Below, in pieces: positions 1 to 13,923 of a stretch of 64,000 bases of DNA; position 1 is the first letter of the stretch, and each line of letters opens with the position of its first letter. The notes beneath the pieces are model-generated. The model did not search any database and was not told the DNA's origin. It worked only from the letters and a program-made list of their open reading frames with translations. The translations under genes were made by a program, and so were the position numbers. This stretch comes from Octopus vulgaris (Eukaryota). The stretch covers positions 10,540,001 through 10,604,000 of the forward strand of contig OX597820.1 of NCBI GenBank assembly GCA_951406725.2, in the 5' to 3' direction.

Positions 1-99
1 TAATTGTAACATTCAAAACTTATTGAATAAGTAACTAACCAATATTTTCACTGAAATTTTTCATCTCTTAATGAGGTTTATAATCTTTATTTGAACTTA

Positions 100-153
100 T
101 ATATACATATATATATACGCGTGGGTAGTTGTGTATGTGCCTGTGTATGTATG

Positions 154-207
<54 letters not shown>

Positions 208-270
208 TATATACATGTGTGTGTTTGTATGCGTATGTGTGCGTGTGGTTGTGTGTGTGTGTGTGTGTGT
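100..270. repeat. (TA)n/(TG)n compound microsatellite
   Basis: Read directly from the sequence. Confidence 0.95.
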
Positions 271-476
271 CTTCGTGCCAGTGCCTGCCACCACCTATCG
301 CTTCACAATCAGTGCTGGTATATTTGCTCCTGTAACCAAGCGGTTCGACAAAAGTGTCCGATAGAATATATACCATCTTTAAAAAAAAAAAATTCCTATA
401 GTCGCTTCGCCTGACTAAGCTATTTAAATGTGGGGCTCAAGCATGGCTCCAGTGTAATGAGTGAAATCAATAAAAG
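265..476 (+). mobile_element. SINE family A, degenerate 3' half
   Basis: atcgcttcacaatcagtgctgg...gcggttcgacaaaag..ccgatagaat matches the 3' part of the copies at 3726 and 33916. Confidence 0.65.
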
Positions 477-917
477 ATGCATAGTTTTTTTTTTGTTTTC
501 CTTTTCCACATCCAAGAAATACCGAGTTTGATTATTGATTACCTTTCGTTATTAGCCCGTAAACGTTGGACATCATTAATTGATGCTTCAAAAGATTCTA
601 CATGGATACAGCCATTATCAAAAGAATGCGAATATTTTACGGAACGTTCTTATAAGATTGTAAATTTTCTTGCGCCAGAGACTAATTATTAGAGTCTTCG
701 TGCTTATTCAATGTGAAAATTAGAATAAACATTTTTTTCTTAAAGAAAAGAGATATATATCATCTTTCCTTTTCTTCTTTTTTGTTGTACTTTGTACGTT
801 TGGCGCTTATTTTAATGTAACTCTTTCACGCAATTTAAGGGTTTAAAGATCCGTAACTGAAAACACGTTGCAGAAAATATGCCGGGAATTTCCTAATTGA
901 AGATAGTGTCATCGATT

Positions 918-1107
918 GAGTTGTTTAGTTTGTTCCTTCTGGAGCCATGCCTTGCTCATAGGGCCGGTTTCCCGGTTTCCTTGGCGTATAGGTTCCCCAC
1001 CTGGACGGGACGCCGGTCGTCGCAGGTGAACTACAAGATGCATAAGGAAAGAGTGAGAGCAAGTTGTGACGAAAGAGTCAGCAGAAGTTCGCCATTACCT
1101 TCTGCCA
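918..1107 (-). mobile_element. SINE family D fragment (3' part)
   Basis: Reverse complement of about 13120-13305 (gccaaggaaaccgggaaaccggccc...gaaggaacaaac). Confidence 0.8.
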
Positions 1108-1408
1108 AAAGATGTGGCATCTTAAAGCTGTTCCTGTTATTGTAGGTGCTCTTGGTATTATAAGAAAGGGATGTAAGCTACATCTAGATAATATCCCAGA
1201 AGAACCATGCCTCAGAGAAATCTAAAATGTACCGTTCATATTTTTAGAAAAAACTCTCTCAATTTAAGTGACTGCGTTGTATTACATGAAGATATTTCGC
1301 TACTGCCTTTGCCAAATCCCCATACTGTAACATCTCTTATCCTTCACTCACCGCAGGACGCTGGTTGTGTCTCGCAAGTGATTGTAACAAAGTTGCAGAT
1401 TAAAAATA

Positions 1409-1447
<39 letters not shown>
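1108..1447 (+). mobile_element. 3' fragment of an R4/Dong-like non-LTR retrotransposon with (TAA)n tail
   Basis: Translates KMWHLKAVPVIVGALGIIRKG...then, after a frameshift, TVHIFRK, typical of the C-terminus of restriction-like-endonuclease LINEs; followed by a short UTR and (TAA)n. Confidence 0.75.
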
Positions 1448-1579
1448 TAGTTATAATAATAACTAGTTATAAAAGAAGTGAAATAGAATCAATGCATATT
1501 GTTTATTTTTGGCACATTGACCTTCCCATGATATAACAAAATCTGATTCAAAAGAAGAATTCACATAAAAAATTTGCAT

Positions 1580-2000
1580 ATCAAATACAAAACGAAGGAT
1601 GTGCTGTTATGCAAAAGATGAATATGTAGAGTGAAGTGAAAACGGAACCCGGTGAAAAGCATATTGGAAGGGTGCCAATAGCTGCAGTGAGGCGAGAAAA
1701 ATGTTATGGCATGACATGAATTAAGCAATGACAATAAAATGATGATAAGAATGCGCCAAGTAGAGTAATGCAGCGAATACAGAATGTTCCCAAGCAAATA
1801 AACTCATAAAAATGCTGAGGTAAGTAGTGAAAGAAACAAGAATTGCTTTGATATGCAATACTTGGGTTGTTGCACTGGAAAAACGAGCTAATTTCGCGGA
1901 TGAAAATAAGAGAAGGCAGTAAGTGAACGGTAAGAAGAAAAGATTTGGCACTCCATCGATTACGACGAAACGTGTCGCAGCTGATGCGATCAACGGAAAA
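1580..2000 (+). mobile_element. Possible highly decayed RLE-type LINE remnant
   Basis: Broken frame reading ..SILEGCQ.., resembling the CCHC knuckle region; many stops. Confidence 0.25.
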
Positions 2001-2032
2001 GCCTGCTTGCAAAATTACCGTGAAAGTGTCTG

Positions 2033-2260
2033 AGAACTCCAAAGACACGTGTACCCTTTAGCGTAGTTCTCAGCGTGACACGGAATTTGAGAATGGTGTC
2101 TCTTTGAATTACAGCTACAACTCATTTTTGCCAGCCGAGTGATGTAGAAAAAGGTGAAATAAAACGTCTTGCTCAAGGATGTAATGCGCCGCCGAGAATA
2201 GAACTCGCGATCTTACGACCTGTGAGCCGAGCACCCTAACCACTGAGACACGTGCCTTCA
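2033..2260 (-). mobile_element. SINE family E (tRNA head, CORE-like segment, body shared with family B)
   Basis: Reverse complement resembles 7451-7774. Confidence 0.7.
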
Positions 2261-3725
2261 CTGAGGGGGAACTGACTTACGTGGTCGAGCATAAGAGCAG
2301 ATTTTAATATATATATAGTTAATGAGAGAGACAGAGAGATAGAGAAAGAGAGAGAAAGAAAGAGATAGAGAGACAAAGAGAAAGAGAGAGAGAGAGAGAG
2401 AGAGTGTGTGTGTGTGTGTGTGTGTGAGGAATCAAACCATGACAAATAAGGAAAGTTTAGTTCGTCGGACAAATGGTCGCTTGTGTCATAATATATAATC
2501 CCTCATTTGATAAACCAATGACGTGCTCAGGCAGTCAGCCAAACAGAATAGAAAGCCACAGACAAAAAAATAAAGCAACTGACGTCATTGAGTTAGGAAG
2601 CAAAAAGGATTGAAACCGATATCTTAAAACTTACACATACAAAGTAATATCGAATTGAAACAGTTCAACATTTCACTAGTAACACGACCGATTTTCTTTT
2701 GTACTCTCTGAATAAGCGTGAAAATAGTCACTGTTTTTGCTTTTACAAAATTAACTTCATCGTATATAATTGCTAATATAATTTATTGCTTTGAAACCTT
2801 CTGAACTCTCAGTCATGTATCATTGCTATTATTGTTATTAAATATATCGAGCATTAGAACTTTTACCATATCCTATAGCAGTGAAATTTGTTGAATATTC
2901 GACTTCGTATGGGCATTTGTATTTTTGTGTATATTTTACTGTTTTGGAATATTCTCTTGTACATTCACCTCTTTGAAACATTTATGTTGCATGTTTTTTT
3001 TTATTTATCATCGCAAAAGAAAACAAAAATGTTGAAAACCGGTTTGGGATTTTAATAAATTCGTAAACAATTTTAAAACTATCACACTTTTTAAGATCCA
3101 GGTGCATTTCAACCCAACTAAACCACAATTTATGTGTGTGTGGAGTGTGTGTGTGTAATAATTCATCGTTTAAGAAATGACTCAGCACAATAGTTGGCGT
3201 TCTTCTAATAATGTGTTTATTATTGGTCAATGTAGAGAAAAATGGTACATTGAATATTGCTAATCTGAAGTTGTAAAAGCAAGTTATTTTAAGCTAACTC
3301 AAGTCATTTGTTTATATTATTAATTTTCTATTTACCTTCGTCGCTTCTCAACGTAATTACTTTTAATTAAATTTCGCTATAAATTTGTCTTTCCGATCTT
3401 ATCTTCTATATTAAATTTTCGTTGAAGTACCGTCGATAGTTTGAAGTCTCACCGTCATATATGATTACAACTTAATCCATTTTTCTGCATACATAATCTT
3501 GAGCTGTTCAATGTAATTTATTTTGTTTTGTAATTATCTTTTTACACGTGACCTCTTGCAATACTTCATTGAGCTATTTTAATGACGTCTCTTCCAAAAT
3601 TTTCTCTGACATTCTGCAGTCATAACCAATTAGTCTGTTATATATCAATGTGTCTCCACGTAATTTCAATGGTACCACTCAACTCTAAGATATTCTTATG
3701 AATGTGAGATCGTTCACTACTTTTT

Positions 3726-4123
3726 TGTGTGGTAAGTAGCTTGCTTACGAACCACATGGTTCCGAGTTCAGTCCCACTGCGTGGAACCTTGGGCAAGTGT
3801 CTTCTACTATAGCCTCCGGGCCGACCAAAGCCATGTGAGTGGATTTGGTAGATGGAAACTGAAAGAAACCCGTTGCATATATGTATATATATGTATGTAT
3901 GTGCGCGTATATGTTTGTACGTCTGTGTTTGTCCAGCCCCGTCCCAAACATCGCTTGACAACCTATGCTGGTGTGTTTACGTCCCCGTAACTTAGCGGTT
4001 CGGCAAAAGAGAGCGATAGAATAAGTACTAGGCTTACAAAGAATAAGTCCTGGGGTCGATTTGCTCGACTAAATGCGGTGCTTCAGCGTGGCTACAGTCA
4101 AATGACTGAAACAAGTAAAAAAA
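3726..4123 (+). mobile_element. SINE family A (tRNA-derived, internal TA/TG microsatellite)
   Basis: A-box-like tgtgtggtaagtagc, B-box-like gagttcagtccc, CORE-like ccttgggcaagtg, tail aatgactgaaacaagtaaaa; more than 12 copies in the window. Confidence 0.9.
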
Positions 4124-5282
4124 CTTTTCTTTTATTCTTAACTATATGGAGCAGAATTCTGTATGCCTGAAAAAGTCGTCTCCTACGATTATGCCTCTAT
4201 TTATGATGCTTGTAACCACTGAGGTAACGTCGTATATGTTTGTTTGAGAGAGTCATTCATATTGGTCTAGCTAGTTGGGGCAGGGTGGACTCCAGATTAT
4301 ACCGAGCAGCAATTTAGTTTGGGGATCTAATTTGCATATTTCTCTTGCTCACAATGCAAGGTGTGCGACTTTACAAAGATGTTACGCATCAAGCTGGTAT
4401 TTAAACCTAATTGGTATATCTTATTGACACCGAATCAGTAACAGTAAAATGTGATGCCGACATTATTTGAATTCAGAGAAAAGAGATTCAGAACAATACC
4501 AACAGATATTCTTTCCGGCATTCAAACGATTTGCTGGAAAATGCCTGAATTGTTAGGTTATGTAGTGTCACCTGATGTCGTCAGATGACGTAATGGTTGA
4601 TTTGTTGATATCATCCTTTGAGAAGAAGAAATCTTAAGCAGATGCGAGATCACAGCAATTCGATGCTAAAGTATGCGATGGCAACTCAGTCGATGTATAT
4701 TTATTTTTAGTGTAAACAGAGCGTGCGATATTGAAACCAATATAATATAAGCACCTATAGCTGACTTCAACGTTATACGCATCAAAGAGTTTCTATACTA
4801 CCAATGGATGTCTGGGAAGATCTGTCATATCAAGTACAGGAATATAATAGCTACATTAGTGAGTACTTCTTTCCGGAAGGAGGATTGTATCAGATTGCCT
4901 TTCTTTTTCTGACTCTCTTCAGGTTTGGGGGTTGGGTGGGGCAACATATAGACTAAACTATCAGAAAAGTCCATTGCTCATCATGCTATTTCTTTCAGTT
5001 TATCAAACTGAAAATTCTGTTACTGATACCTCAAATAGCAACTGGTTGTGAAGTTCCTCTGGATGTAAAGAATTACCTAATTTGTCTTTCTGAAGAGATA
5101 TATTATGCCTGTATTGCGGGCCAGAATGACATGTAGGACGTCGACCATGGTAATGTATTGATAAGGGATATACTCGGGCCGAATCCGTTAACATGTTTAT
5201 AACAGCCTTTTAACTGATCGGTAGCGCAGCCATTTAGGTTAGAAGCTGTGAAAGAGCAATAATAATAACAATAATAATAACT

Positions 5283-5540
5283 TTATTGTTATTATTCACT
5301 CGTAACACAGTGTAGGTAAAAATGACCGGAGTCTTTAGTCGTCTGTCAAGTCACAACAAGGACTCCAGACAGATAATACTTTCCTTAACATGTGCGCTGT
5401 ACCCAATAAGGCTGAAGTGTGAGACGCTTACAGCACCTAGGTTTCCCAAGCGGTCACCCATCTAAATATTCACTACGTTCGATATTGCTTAACGTTGGTG
5501 ATCTGACGAGAACCGGAACTTTGAACGTGATATGGCCGTT
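5283..5540 (-). mobile_element. 5S rRNA head fused to an R4/Dong-like 3' tail (SINE3-like)
   Basis: On the minus strand, a 5S-like sequence is followed directly by TSALLGTAHMLRKVLSV, a UTR and a TAA-like tail. Confidence 0.7.
5426..5540 (-). pseudogene. 5S rRNA-derived sequence, diverged
   Basis: Reverse complement acggccatatcacgttcaaagttccggttctcgtcagatcacc..gttaagcaa..gatgggtgaccgcttgggaa.cc.aggtgctgtaagc follows the 5S rRNA consensus with many substitutions; no oligo-T terminator. Confidence 0.9.
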
Positions 5541-6635
5541 TATTATCATTATTGTTATTTTCGTTATATAATTTCAGAAACTTGAAAGTATATTTCTGAA
5601 AATTACGCTTTCGGGTGTTCTTATGCGCATCCGTCAATAATAGACTAAAATGGGTTTCTTTTACGTAATATTTTTCATAAATATTTTAATGTGTAGCATG
5701 AAAATGAAATTACATCTATGCAATCTATTGGTAAATAAAGGGGAAAAAACGTTAAATTTTGTAGTTTCGGTTCTTGCATGTTGATCATACATGGTGTGCT
5801 GTGTTTATTAAATGCGATACTTTGCTTTCATTAACGTAATATGCATTTTTAAAATTTATTATCTAGATATATAGTCGTTATTAACACTGACAGCATTTCT
5901 ATAATTCTATTAAGTTGACATGGATACATAACTTTCACGATTAAACTCTAATTCCATTGTTTGAAGAGTTAACAATTAATAAAATAAAGACAACCATATG
6001 TAACCACATGCAAACTATGTACAATATACGACCGGCCATATGAAATATAATTACAAACACACAAAAGCGAAATCATGGAAAACATTTCGTAATGAAAATT
6101 TACGAGTAAATGCGTAATATAAATATGAATTTCAAATTAAATTTGATTTCATTTCGTTAATATTTTGTATGGGGTTTCTACATAGGATAATTTTCTCTTC
6201 GATGTGTTTTATTTGGTAATTTCGATTTAAATCAAACAATATAGAATAGAGATTACACGATAATGCATTCCCATTTAGATTATCATAATATGATCCAAAG
6301 AATTTATTAAAACCATAGGGATATATCAAATCATATGTGATAGAGTTTAAAGTGTCGCCATTGCTTTTAGATTTCCAATTTACTCTAAAAACGAGAATAA
6401 AATAGACATTTATTTTCCATGATATAAACTAAACTAAATTGATGAAATAAATTTTCTGCTAAACAACTATTACCACTATGGTTATAACAGACTGTTATCT
6501 GCTGTTCTACCATCATCCCGCTGCAACTGAATCTTCAATATTTCTATGACTCTTATTCTGGGCAGCAACTTCTGTCTCTTTTCTCCTTTTTGATTCATGA
6601 TCTATACTTTCAACCTAGCAATGGTATTTCAACTG

Positions 6636-7437
6636 AAGGCGGCGAGCTGGCAGAAACGTTAGCACGCCGGGCGAAATGCTTAGCGGTATTTCGTCCACCG
6701 TTACGTTCTGAGTTCAAATTCCGCCGAGATCGACTTTGCCTTTCATCCTTTCGGGGTCGATTAAATAAGTACCAGTTACGCACTGGGGTTGATGTAATCG
6801 ACTTAATCCGTTTGTCTGTCCTTGTTTGTCCTCTCTGTGTTTAGCTCCTTGTGGGTAGTAAAGAAATATGTATTTCGTCTGCCGCTACGTTCTGAGTTCA
6901 GATTCCGCCGAGGTCGACTTTGCCTTCCATTTTTTCGGCGTCGATTAAATAAGTACCAGTTACGCACTGGGGTTGATGTAATCGACTTAATCCGTTTGTC
7001 TGTTCTTGTTTGTCCCCACTGTGTTTAGCCCCTTGTGGGTAGTAAAGAAATAGATATTTCGTCTGCCACTACATTCTGAGTTCAATATCCGCCGAAGTCA
7101 ACTTTGCCTTTCATCCTTTCGGGATCGATTAAATAAGTACCTGTTACGCACTGGGGTCGATGTAATCGACTCACCCCTTTATCTGTCCTAGTTTGCCCTT
7201 TCTATGTTTAGCCCCTTGTGGGCAGTAAAGAAATAAGAAACGTTAGCAAGCCGGGCGTAACGCTTATTGGTATTTCGTCTGTCTGTACGTTCTGAGTTCA
7301 AATTCCGCCGAGGTCTACTTTGCCTTTCATCCTTTCGGGGTCGATAAATCAACTACCTGTTGCGTACTGGGGGGTCAATCTAATCGACTGGCCCCCTGCC
7401 CCAAAATTTCGGGCCTTGTGCCTAGAGTAGATAAGAA
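6636..7437 (+). mobile_element. SINE family C tandem array (one head, 184-bp body units)
   Basis: Head ggcggcgagctggcagaaacgttagc; the tatttcgtc motif recurs near 6687, 6871, 7055 and 7271. Confidence 0.9.
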
Positions 7438-7450
7438 AGCTATCTCAATC

Positions 7451-7774
7451 GAAGGCGCTCGGCTTAGTGGTTTGGGTATTCGGCTCCCGATCGTAAAGCC
7501 TTGAGTTCGATTCCCGGTGGTACATCTTGTCCTTGTGCAAGACACTTTATTTCACGTTGCTCCACTCCACTCACTTCACAAAAATGAGCTAGAACTGTAT
7601 TTCAAAGAGTCACTCTTGTCACATTCTACATCATGCCGAATCTCCCAGAGAACTACATTAAATGTACGCGCGTCTGTGGAATATTCAACTAACTTCACGT
7701 TTACTTCACGAGCAAACTATTCCCTTCATTAGATTAAACTGGAACCCTTGTCATTGTAACTGTCGGAGTGTCAG
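7451..7774 (+). mobile_element. SINE family E
   Basis: tRNA-like head (ggcttagtgg...gagttcgattccc), ccttgtgcaagacacttta, then a family-B-like 3' body. Confidence 0.8.
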
Positions 7775-8084
7775 TTAAGTTAGTTCACGTATTTACGTAA
7801 TTCGAGGTTAATTATCTGTCCTAATTAAAACCCACCCTGTCAATACTTTTTCTTCAATTAATATAAAATTGCTAGAGGGGTAAATTTTAGCGAAATTGCA
7901 AAGACAATTAGCATATAACTTTATGTAACACTCTGAGGAGTTGGTTTTGCTCTGCTTCGTCAAGGGAAAATTACACAGTGCTTGGAAAATGACCAGTAAT
8001 CACTTATGTGGAAACGGCGTTATTGATTATAATGGAATGCTACGAAACAACTGTAAACTGAGCAATAAACGTAATTTTTAACTC

Positions 8085-8085
8085 C

Positions 8086-8117
<32 letters not shown>

Positions 8118-8200
8118 TTGTGTGTGTGTTTGTGTATATGTGTGTGTGTGTGTAAGTATATATATACCTACCTACATACATACATACATACATACATACA

Positions 8201-8231
<31 letters not shown>

Positions 8232-8321
8232 TATTATTATACATACATATATCTGTTCCCATGCGTGTGTGTGTGACAGAGAAACGCACTGCATCATTGG
8301 TATTTATTATTAAAACAATAC

Positions 8322-8417
<96 letters not shown>

Positions 8418-8526
8418 CATTATTATTATTATCATTATTTTCATTTGCATCTCCTTTCAGCTCTGTTTCCATTTTTGCCGAGTGTCTTCTCGAGACCTAG
8501 GACAGAGAAACGCACTGTATGCATTG

Positions 8527-8614
<88 letters not shown>

Positions 8615-8650
8615 CATTATTATAATTATTATTATTATTATCATTATCAT
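8085..8650. repeat. Compound microsatellites (TA, TG, TACA, TTA)
   Basis: Read directly from the sequence. Confidence 0.95.
8439..8529 (-). mobile_element. Short 3' end of a probable R4/Dong-like element between two (TAA)n tracts
   Basis: Unique 90 bp flanked by TAA runs; 30 bp of it is duplicated at 8275-8306. Confidence 0.4.
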
Positions 8651-9089
8651 ATTTTCACTACGAAACATATAATGTACGTAATACTCTGTTCACAGTTACT
8701 CTGTCAACAAACAGAAATCTACTAATCCAAAGAGATTAATTTCTATAAACACAGTTAATCCCCTCGTTTAGGATTTCCTTCTTCATATCAGCTGACTTTA
8801 CTTCCGTTATTCATTTTGTTAGTCTCTTTCTGTATTATTCATTCATTTGTATTCTTCACTTTCAAAAGAATTAACCGTCTTCCTTGTATTAAGTACAGCA
8901 CCAACATGAGCCTCGAGAAAGATTCTGTATATATTCTAGAATTTTCAAACTGAACCGATCAATTTAAACACTATCTTAGCAATTAATCTGTACATCTGCT
9001 GGTTTCCCGAACAAATGGACATACGTAAATTCTGCCTTTTCCGCCATGGAAGAGGAAAAACTAACGCAAAATTACATAGCTTTACACAA

Positions 9090-9217
9090 CTCATATATAC
9101 ATACGCACACTCGCATACACACACACACAAACACACAAACACACACATATATATATACATTTATGCATATATGCACACACACACATGTATGTACGTATAT
9201 GTATACATATATATATA

Positions 9218-9251
<34 letters not shown>

Positions 9252-9430
9252 CTATGTACATATACACATATGTGTATATATATATATGTATATATACATA
9301 TCTATATACATATATGTATATATGCACATACACATGTATGTATATATACATACACACACATATATGTATGTTTGTATGTCTATATATATATATACATACA
9401 TACATACATATACATACATACATACATACA

Positions 9431-9490
<60 letters not shown>

Positions 9491-9498
9491 CATACATA
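9090..9498. repeat. TA/CA/TACA low-complexity tract
   Basis: Read directly from the sequence. Confidence 0.95.
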
Positions 9499-10013
9499 AC
9501 TTTTAATAATTTCTCTTAACTGACATCTGTGCTGATATGTTACCAAGTTAATAGCTATTTATTGATTACAGACGAAAAATCGGTCTTTCATAGGAAGCTA
9601 TTGAGGAAAGCAGTTCGCCAAAATAGCTTCTGTATTGAATCGAAACTGATGTTGGAGATAAGTAGTCGCTGCATTCCAAGATAGTCTGCGACTTCATTTT
9701 CAACGCTCAGATGACAGTAGGATTAAAGCTAATATATTTACAAATTACTTTCTTATCTCTCTTTCCCCATTACCACCATTACTAGGATTATGAAGAGGTT
9801 ATTTAGCCTACACATACACACACACACACATATATATATATACTAACACGCAAACTCACACACACGCATGCATGTATGTATGTATATAGTTATATATGTG
9901 TGAGTCTGCATATAAATGTGGGTGTCTTATATTGTGCGCTGACTGTGACTATATATTTGCGGACGTCTATTATATACATAAGTATATGTGTGTATACTTA
10001 TATTCACACACAA

Positions 10014-10082
<69 letters not shown>

Positions 10083-10201
10083 TGTGTATGCACGTAACTG
10101 ACTAGCAGAAATTAAAATTACGCGCACACACACGTGTATATAATACACAAATACATATACAGTTATATCTATCTAACTGTCCGTCTGTCTGTCTGTCTGT
10201 G

Positions 10202-10313
<112 letters not shown>

Positions 10314-10314
10314 T

Positions 10315-10355
<41 letters not shown>

Positions 10356-10360
10356 CAACA

Positions 10361-10395
10361 CTAGCTTACTAATCGGAGCATCGCGTGCTGCGATT
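10361..10395 (-). mobile_element. Possible Helitron 3' terminus
   Basis: Reverse complement cgcagcacgcgatgctccg (hairpin), about 9 nt, then CTAG-T. Confidence 0.45.
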
Positions 10396-10739
10396 GTTTA
10401 GGCTCTGTAGAATGAATGGGAAGAGTGGTAGAAAAGAAGAACCAAATCCGACCGAAAGTGGTTCTGCGCCTTTCATCTGTTGACATTCGTTAGGTGTTGT
10501 GTTTCAAGCGACTCTGTCGGCATTGCTGCAAGTCAGGAACGGAGGCGCTTCTACACTTAAACCGTTTTCGTTTACAGCCACCCACAGATGTTGTTCTTCC
10601 TTAACTTCACTCGACTAATATATATACACAGTTGTGTTTATTAATCTACAGGTAGTGATACGCCTCTACATGTTCACATTACGCATACATTGAGTGGTGC
10701 GTTTATAGAAACGCATACATACATGCACGCACGTATAGC

Positions 10740-12390
10740 ACACACTTACAGACACACACAAATGCAAAACACACACAGACTCACAAATGCAAACACAACA
10801 CAAACACACACATACAAACACACACTCACAAATGCAAAACACACACATACAAACACACACAAATACAAAACACACACACTCACAAATGCAAAACACACAC
10901 ATACAAACACACACAAATACAAAACACACACACTCACAAATGCAAACACACACATACAAACACACACAAATACAAAACACACACACTCACAAATGCAAAA
11001 CACACACATACAAACACACACAAATACAAAACACACACACTCACAAATGCAAAACACACACATACAAACACACACAAATACAAACACACACACTCACAAA
11101 TGCAAAACACACACATACAAACACACACAAATACAAAACACACACACTCACAAATGCAAAACACACACATACAAACACACACAAATACAAAACACACACA
11201 CTCACAAATGCAAAACACACACATACAAACACACACAAATACAAAACACACACACTCACAAATGCAAAACACACACATACAAACACACACACATACAAAC
11301 ACACACACTCACAAATGCAAAACACACACATACAAACACACACAAATACAAAACACACACACTCACAAATGCAAAACACACACATACAAACACACACAAA
11401 TACAAAACACACACACTCACAAATGCAAAACACACACATACAAACACACACAAATACAAAACACACACACTCACAAATGCAAAACACACACATACAAACA
11501 CACACAAATACAAAACACACACACACAACACAAATGCAAAACACACACATACAAACACACACAAATACAAAACACACACACTCACAAATGCAAAACACAC
11601 ACATACAAACACACACAAATACAAAACACACACACTCACAAATGCAAAACACACACATACAAACACACACAAATACAAACACACACACTCACAAATGCAA
11701 AACACACACATACAAACACACACAAATACAAAACACACACACTCACAAATGCAAAACACACACATACAAACACACACAAATACAAAACACACACACTCAC
11801 AAATGCAAAACACACACACACAAACACACACAAATACAAAACACACACACTCACAAATGCAAAACACACACATACAAACACACACAAATACAAAACACAC
11901 ACACTCACAAATGCAAAACACACACATACAAACACACACAAATACAAAACACACACACTCACAAATGCAAAACACACACATACAAACACTCACAAATACA
12001 AAACACACACACTCACAAATGCAAAACACACACATACAAACACACACAAATACAAAACACACAAATACACATAAATACAAAACACAGACATTCACAAACA
12101 CACACAAGCACAAGACACACACACACACACTCACAAATACAAAACACACATAAACACAAAACACACACCCACAAACACACACAAATACAAAACATACAGA
12201 TACACACTCACAAACACACGCAAAACACAAAACACACACACACAAACACACGCAAAACACAAAACACACACACACAAACACACACAAACAACACACACGC
12301 ACACAAACACATACAATTTCAACACACTCACACTCACATAGACACACACACACACACGCGCACACAGTCACGCTCATATGCACATATACA
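10740..12390. repeat. 54-bp CA-rich minisatellite, about 23 regular units with degenerate flanks
   Basis: Unit cacacacactcacaaatgcaaaacacacacatacaaacacacacaaatacaaaa; 18-aa period in the overlapping ORFs. Confidence 0.95.
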
Positions 12391-12997
12391 CGCACGTTTT
12401 CTCTAATTAAAGTTGTATCGAAAATATCTTGGAATTATCGTAGAAACAAGAGACAAAAAATCCTGGCGTATTTTCTTCCGACTCTTTAGATTCAGGGTTC
12501 GAATGTTGCTGCAACCAGCAACATTCCGTCAAATGTAAATAATGTAAATAACAAACTGAAAATGTATTGTACTTATCTCCCAGCCTCTTCATCAAATTAA
12601 GCTTTGATCGTTTGGTATAACGTAAGTGCAAGAAAAAGTGCCAAAATATCCGCGATACGCATTTTATTCTTCCATTATGAAAACTGTTTTAAAATTGATT
12701 TTAAACTTCCGTACATTTTATTTATTTCTAACTCGGTAATGTTTGACGTCGCTTTTAATCTTGTGGTCATCGGTTAGGGCAGTAATTCCTTGAAACCTCT
12801 GCTTTTGGAATTGATCGTTACCAGTTCAATGAATACTGGATTTATTTTTCAAATCGAGATACTTTTCACTATTTCTCAAAATTTCATTTCAATGATTTGA
12901 CAGAATATTGCATTTTCTTTTAAAACTTACTCAACAAAATTTTGCATTATGCGTTCAAATTTTTATTAGCGTTTAGATGAATCTACCAATCGATGGT

Positions 12998-13307
12998 GGA
13001 GGCACATGACCTAGTGGTTAGAGCAGTGCACTGGCGTCGAGGGATTGCGGGTTCGAATCTCAAACTGGGTGATGTGTGTATGTTTATGAGCGAAACACCT
13101 AAGCTCCATGCGGCTCCGGCAGAAGATAATGGCGAAAACTTCTGCTGACTCTTTCGCCACAACTTTCTCTCTCTCTTTCCTCCTGCATCTTGCAGCTCAC
13201 TTGCAACGGACCGGCGCCTCGTCTAGGTGGAGAACGTGTACGCCAAGGAAACCGGGAAACCGGCCCTTATGAGCCAGGCATGGCTCGAGAAGGAACAAGC
13301 AACAACC
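12998..13307 (+). mobile_element. SINE family D (family-B-like head, different 3' tail)
   Basis: ggaggcacatgacctagtggttag...ggttcgaatc; tail gagaaggaacaagcaacaac. Confidence 0.85.
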
Positions 13308-13860
13308 AAAATATTCTGTCTTTAGTACCTGCTCTTAAATAGAAAATTATTGAGCATTTTCTATTATCTGTTTCTTATTTTCTGCGCTGCTTACGATATC
13401 AAACTTGGAGGATATAACAAGGTGGCTAACTAAGACGGCCAAATCATTTTCCCTGCTTGCCTGTCGATCAATGTCTTTCACAAATGTTTAATTTGTTCTG
13501 CTCCTCTGTCCGGTGCCAACTGTGAAAAAACGATTTTCAAGAGTATCGCTAATACTCGCTCTGGGAAGATGACAAAAAGAAATTTTTTTGGAGGTATCTC
13601 TGATAGCTTTTCACATTTAAATGGAACCACTCTCCATATATATATATAAGCATATGTGGGCACAGGACGTCATGAAACGTATGCAACAAAAGAAAAATAC
13701 GAAGCACGAGTACATGGAACATGGGCAATTCTTTCGAACAACGAAAGACACAAATGGAAAACAAAACGATAAAGAACGACCCTTCATATATATATATATA
13801 TAAGCATATAAACATATCTATATAGTGTATACACATACATGCACACACAAACACACACAA

Positions 13861-13923
<63 letters not shown>

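Noticed and set aside
5426-5540. Functional 5S rRNA gene
   Set aside because: Many substitutions, single copy, fused to a LINE tail
10690-12406. Long ORFs (324-539 aa) rich in H/T/K/N or C/V
   Set aside because: Translations of the stop-poor 54-bp minisatellite, open in several frames on both strands
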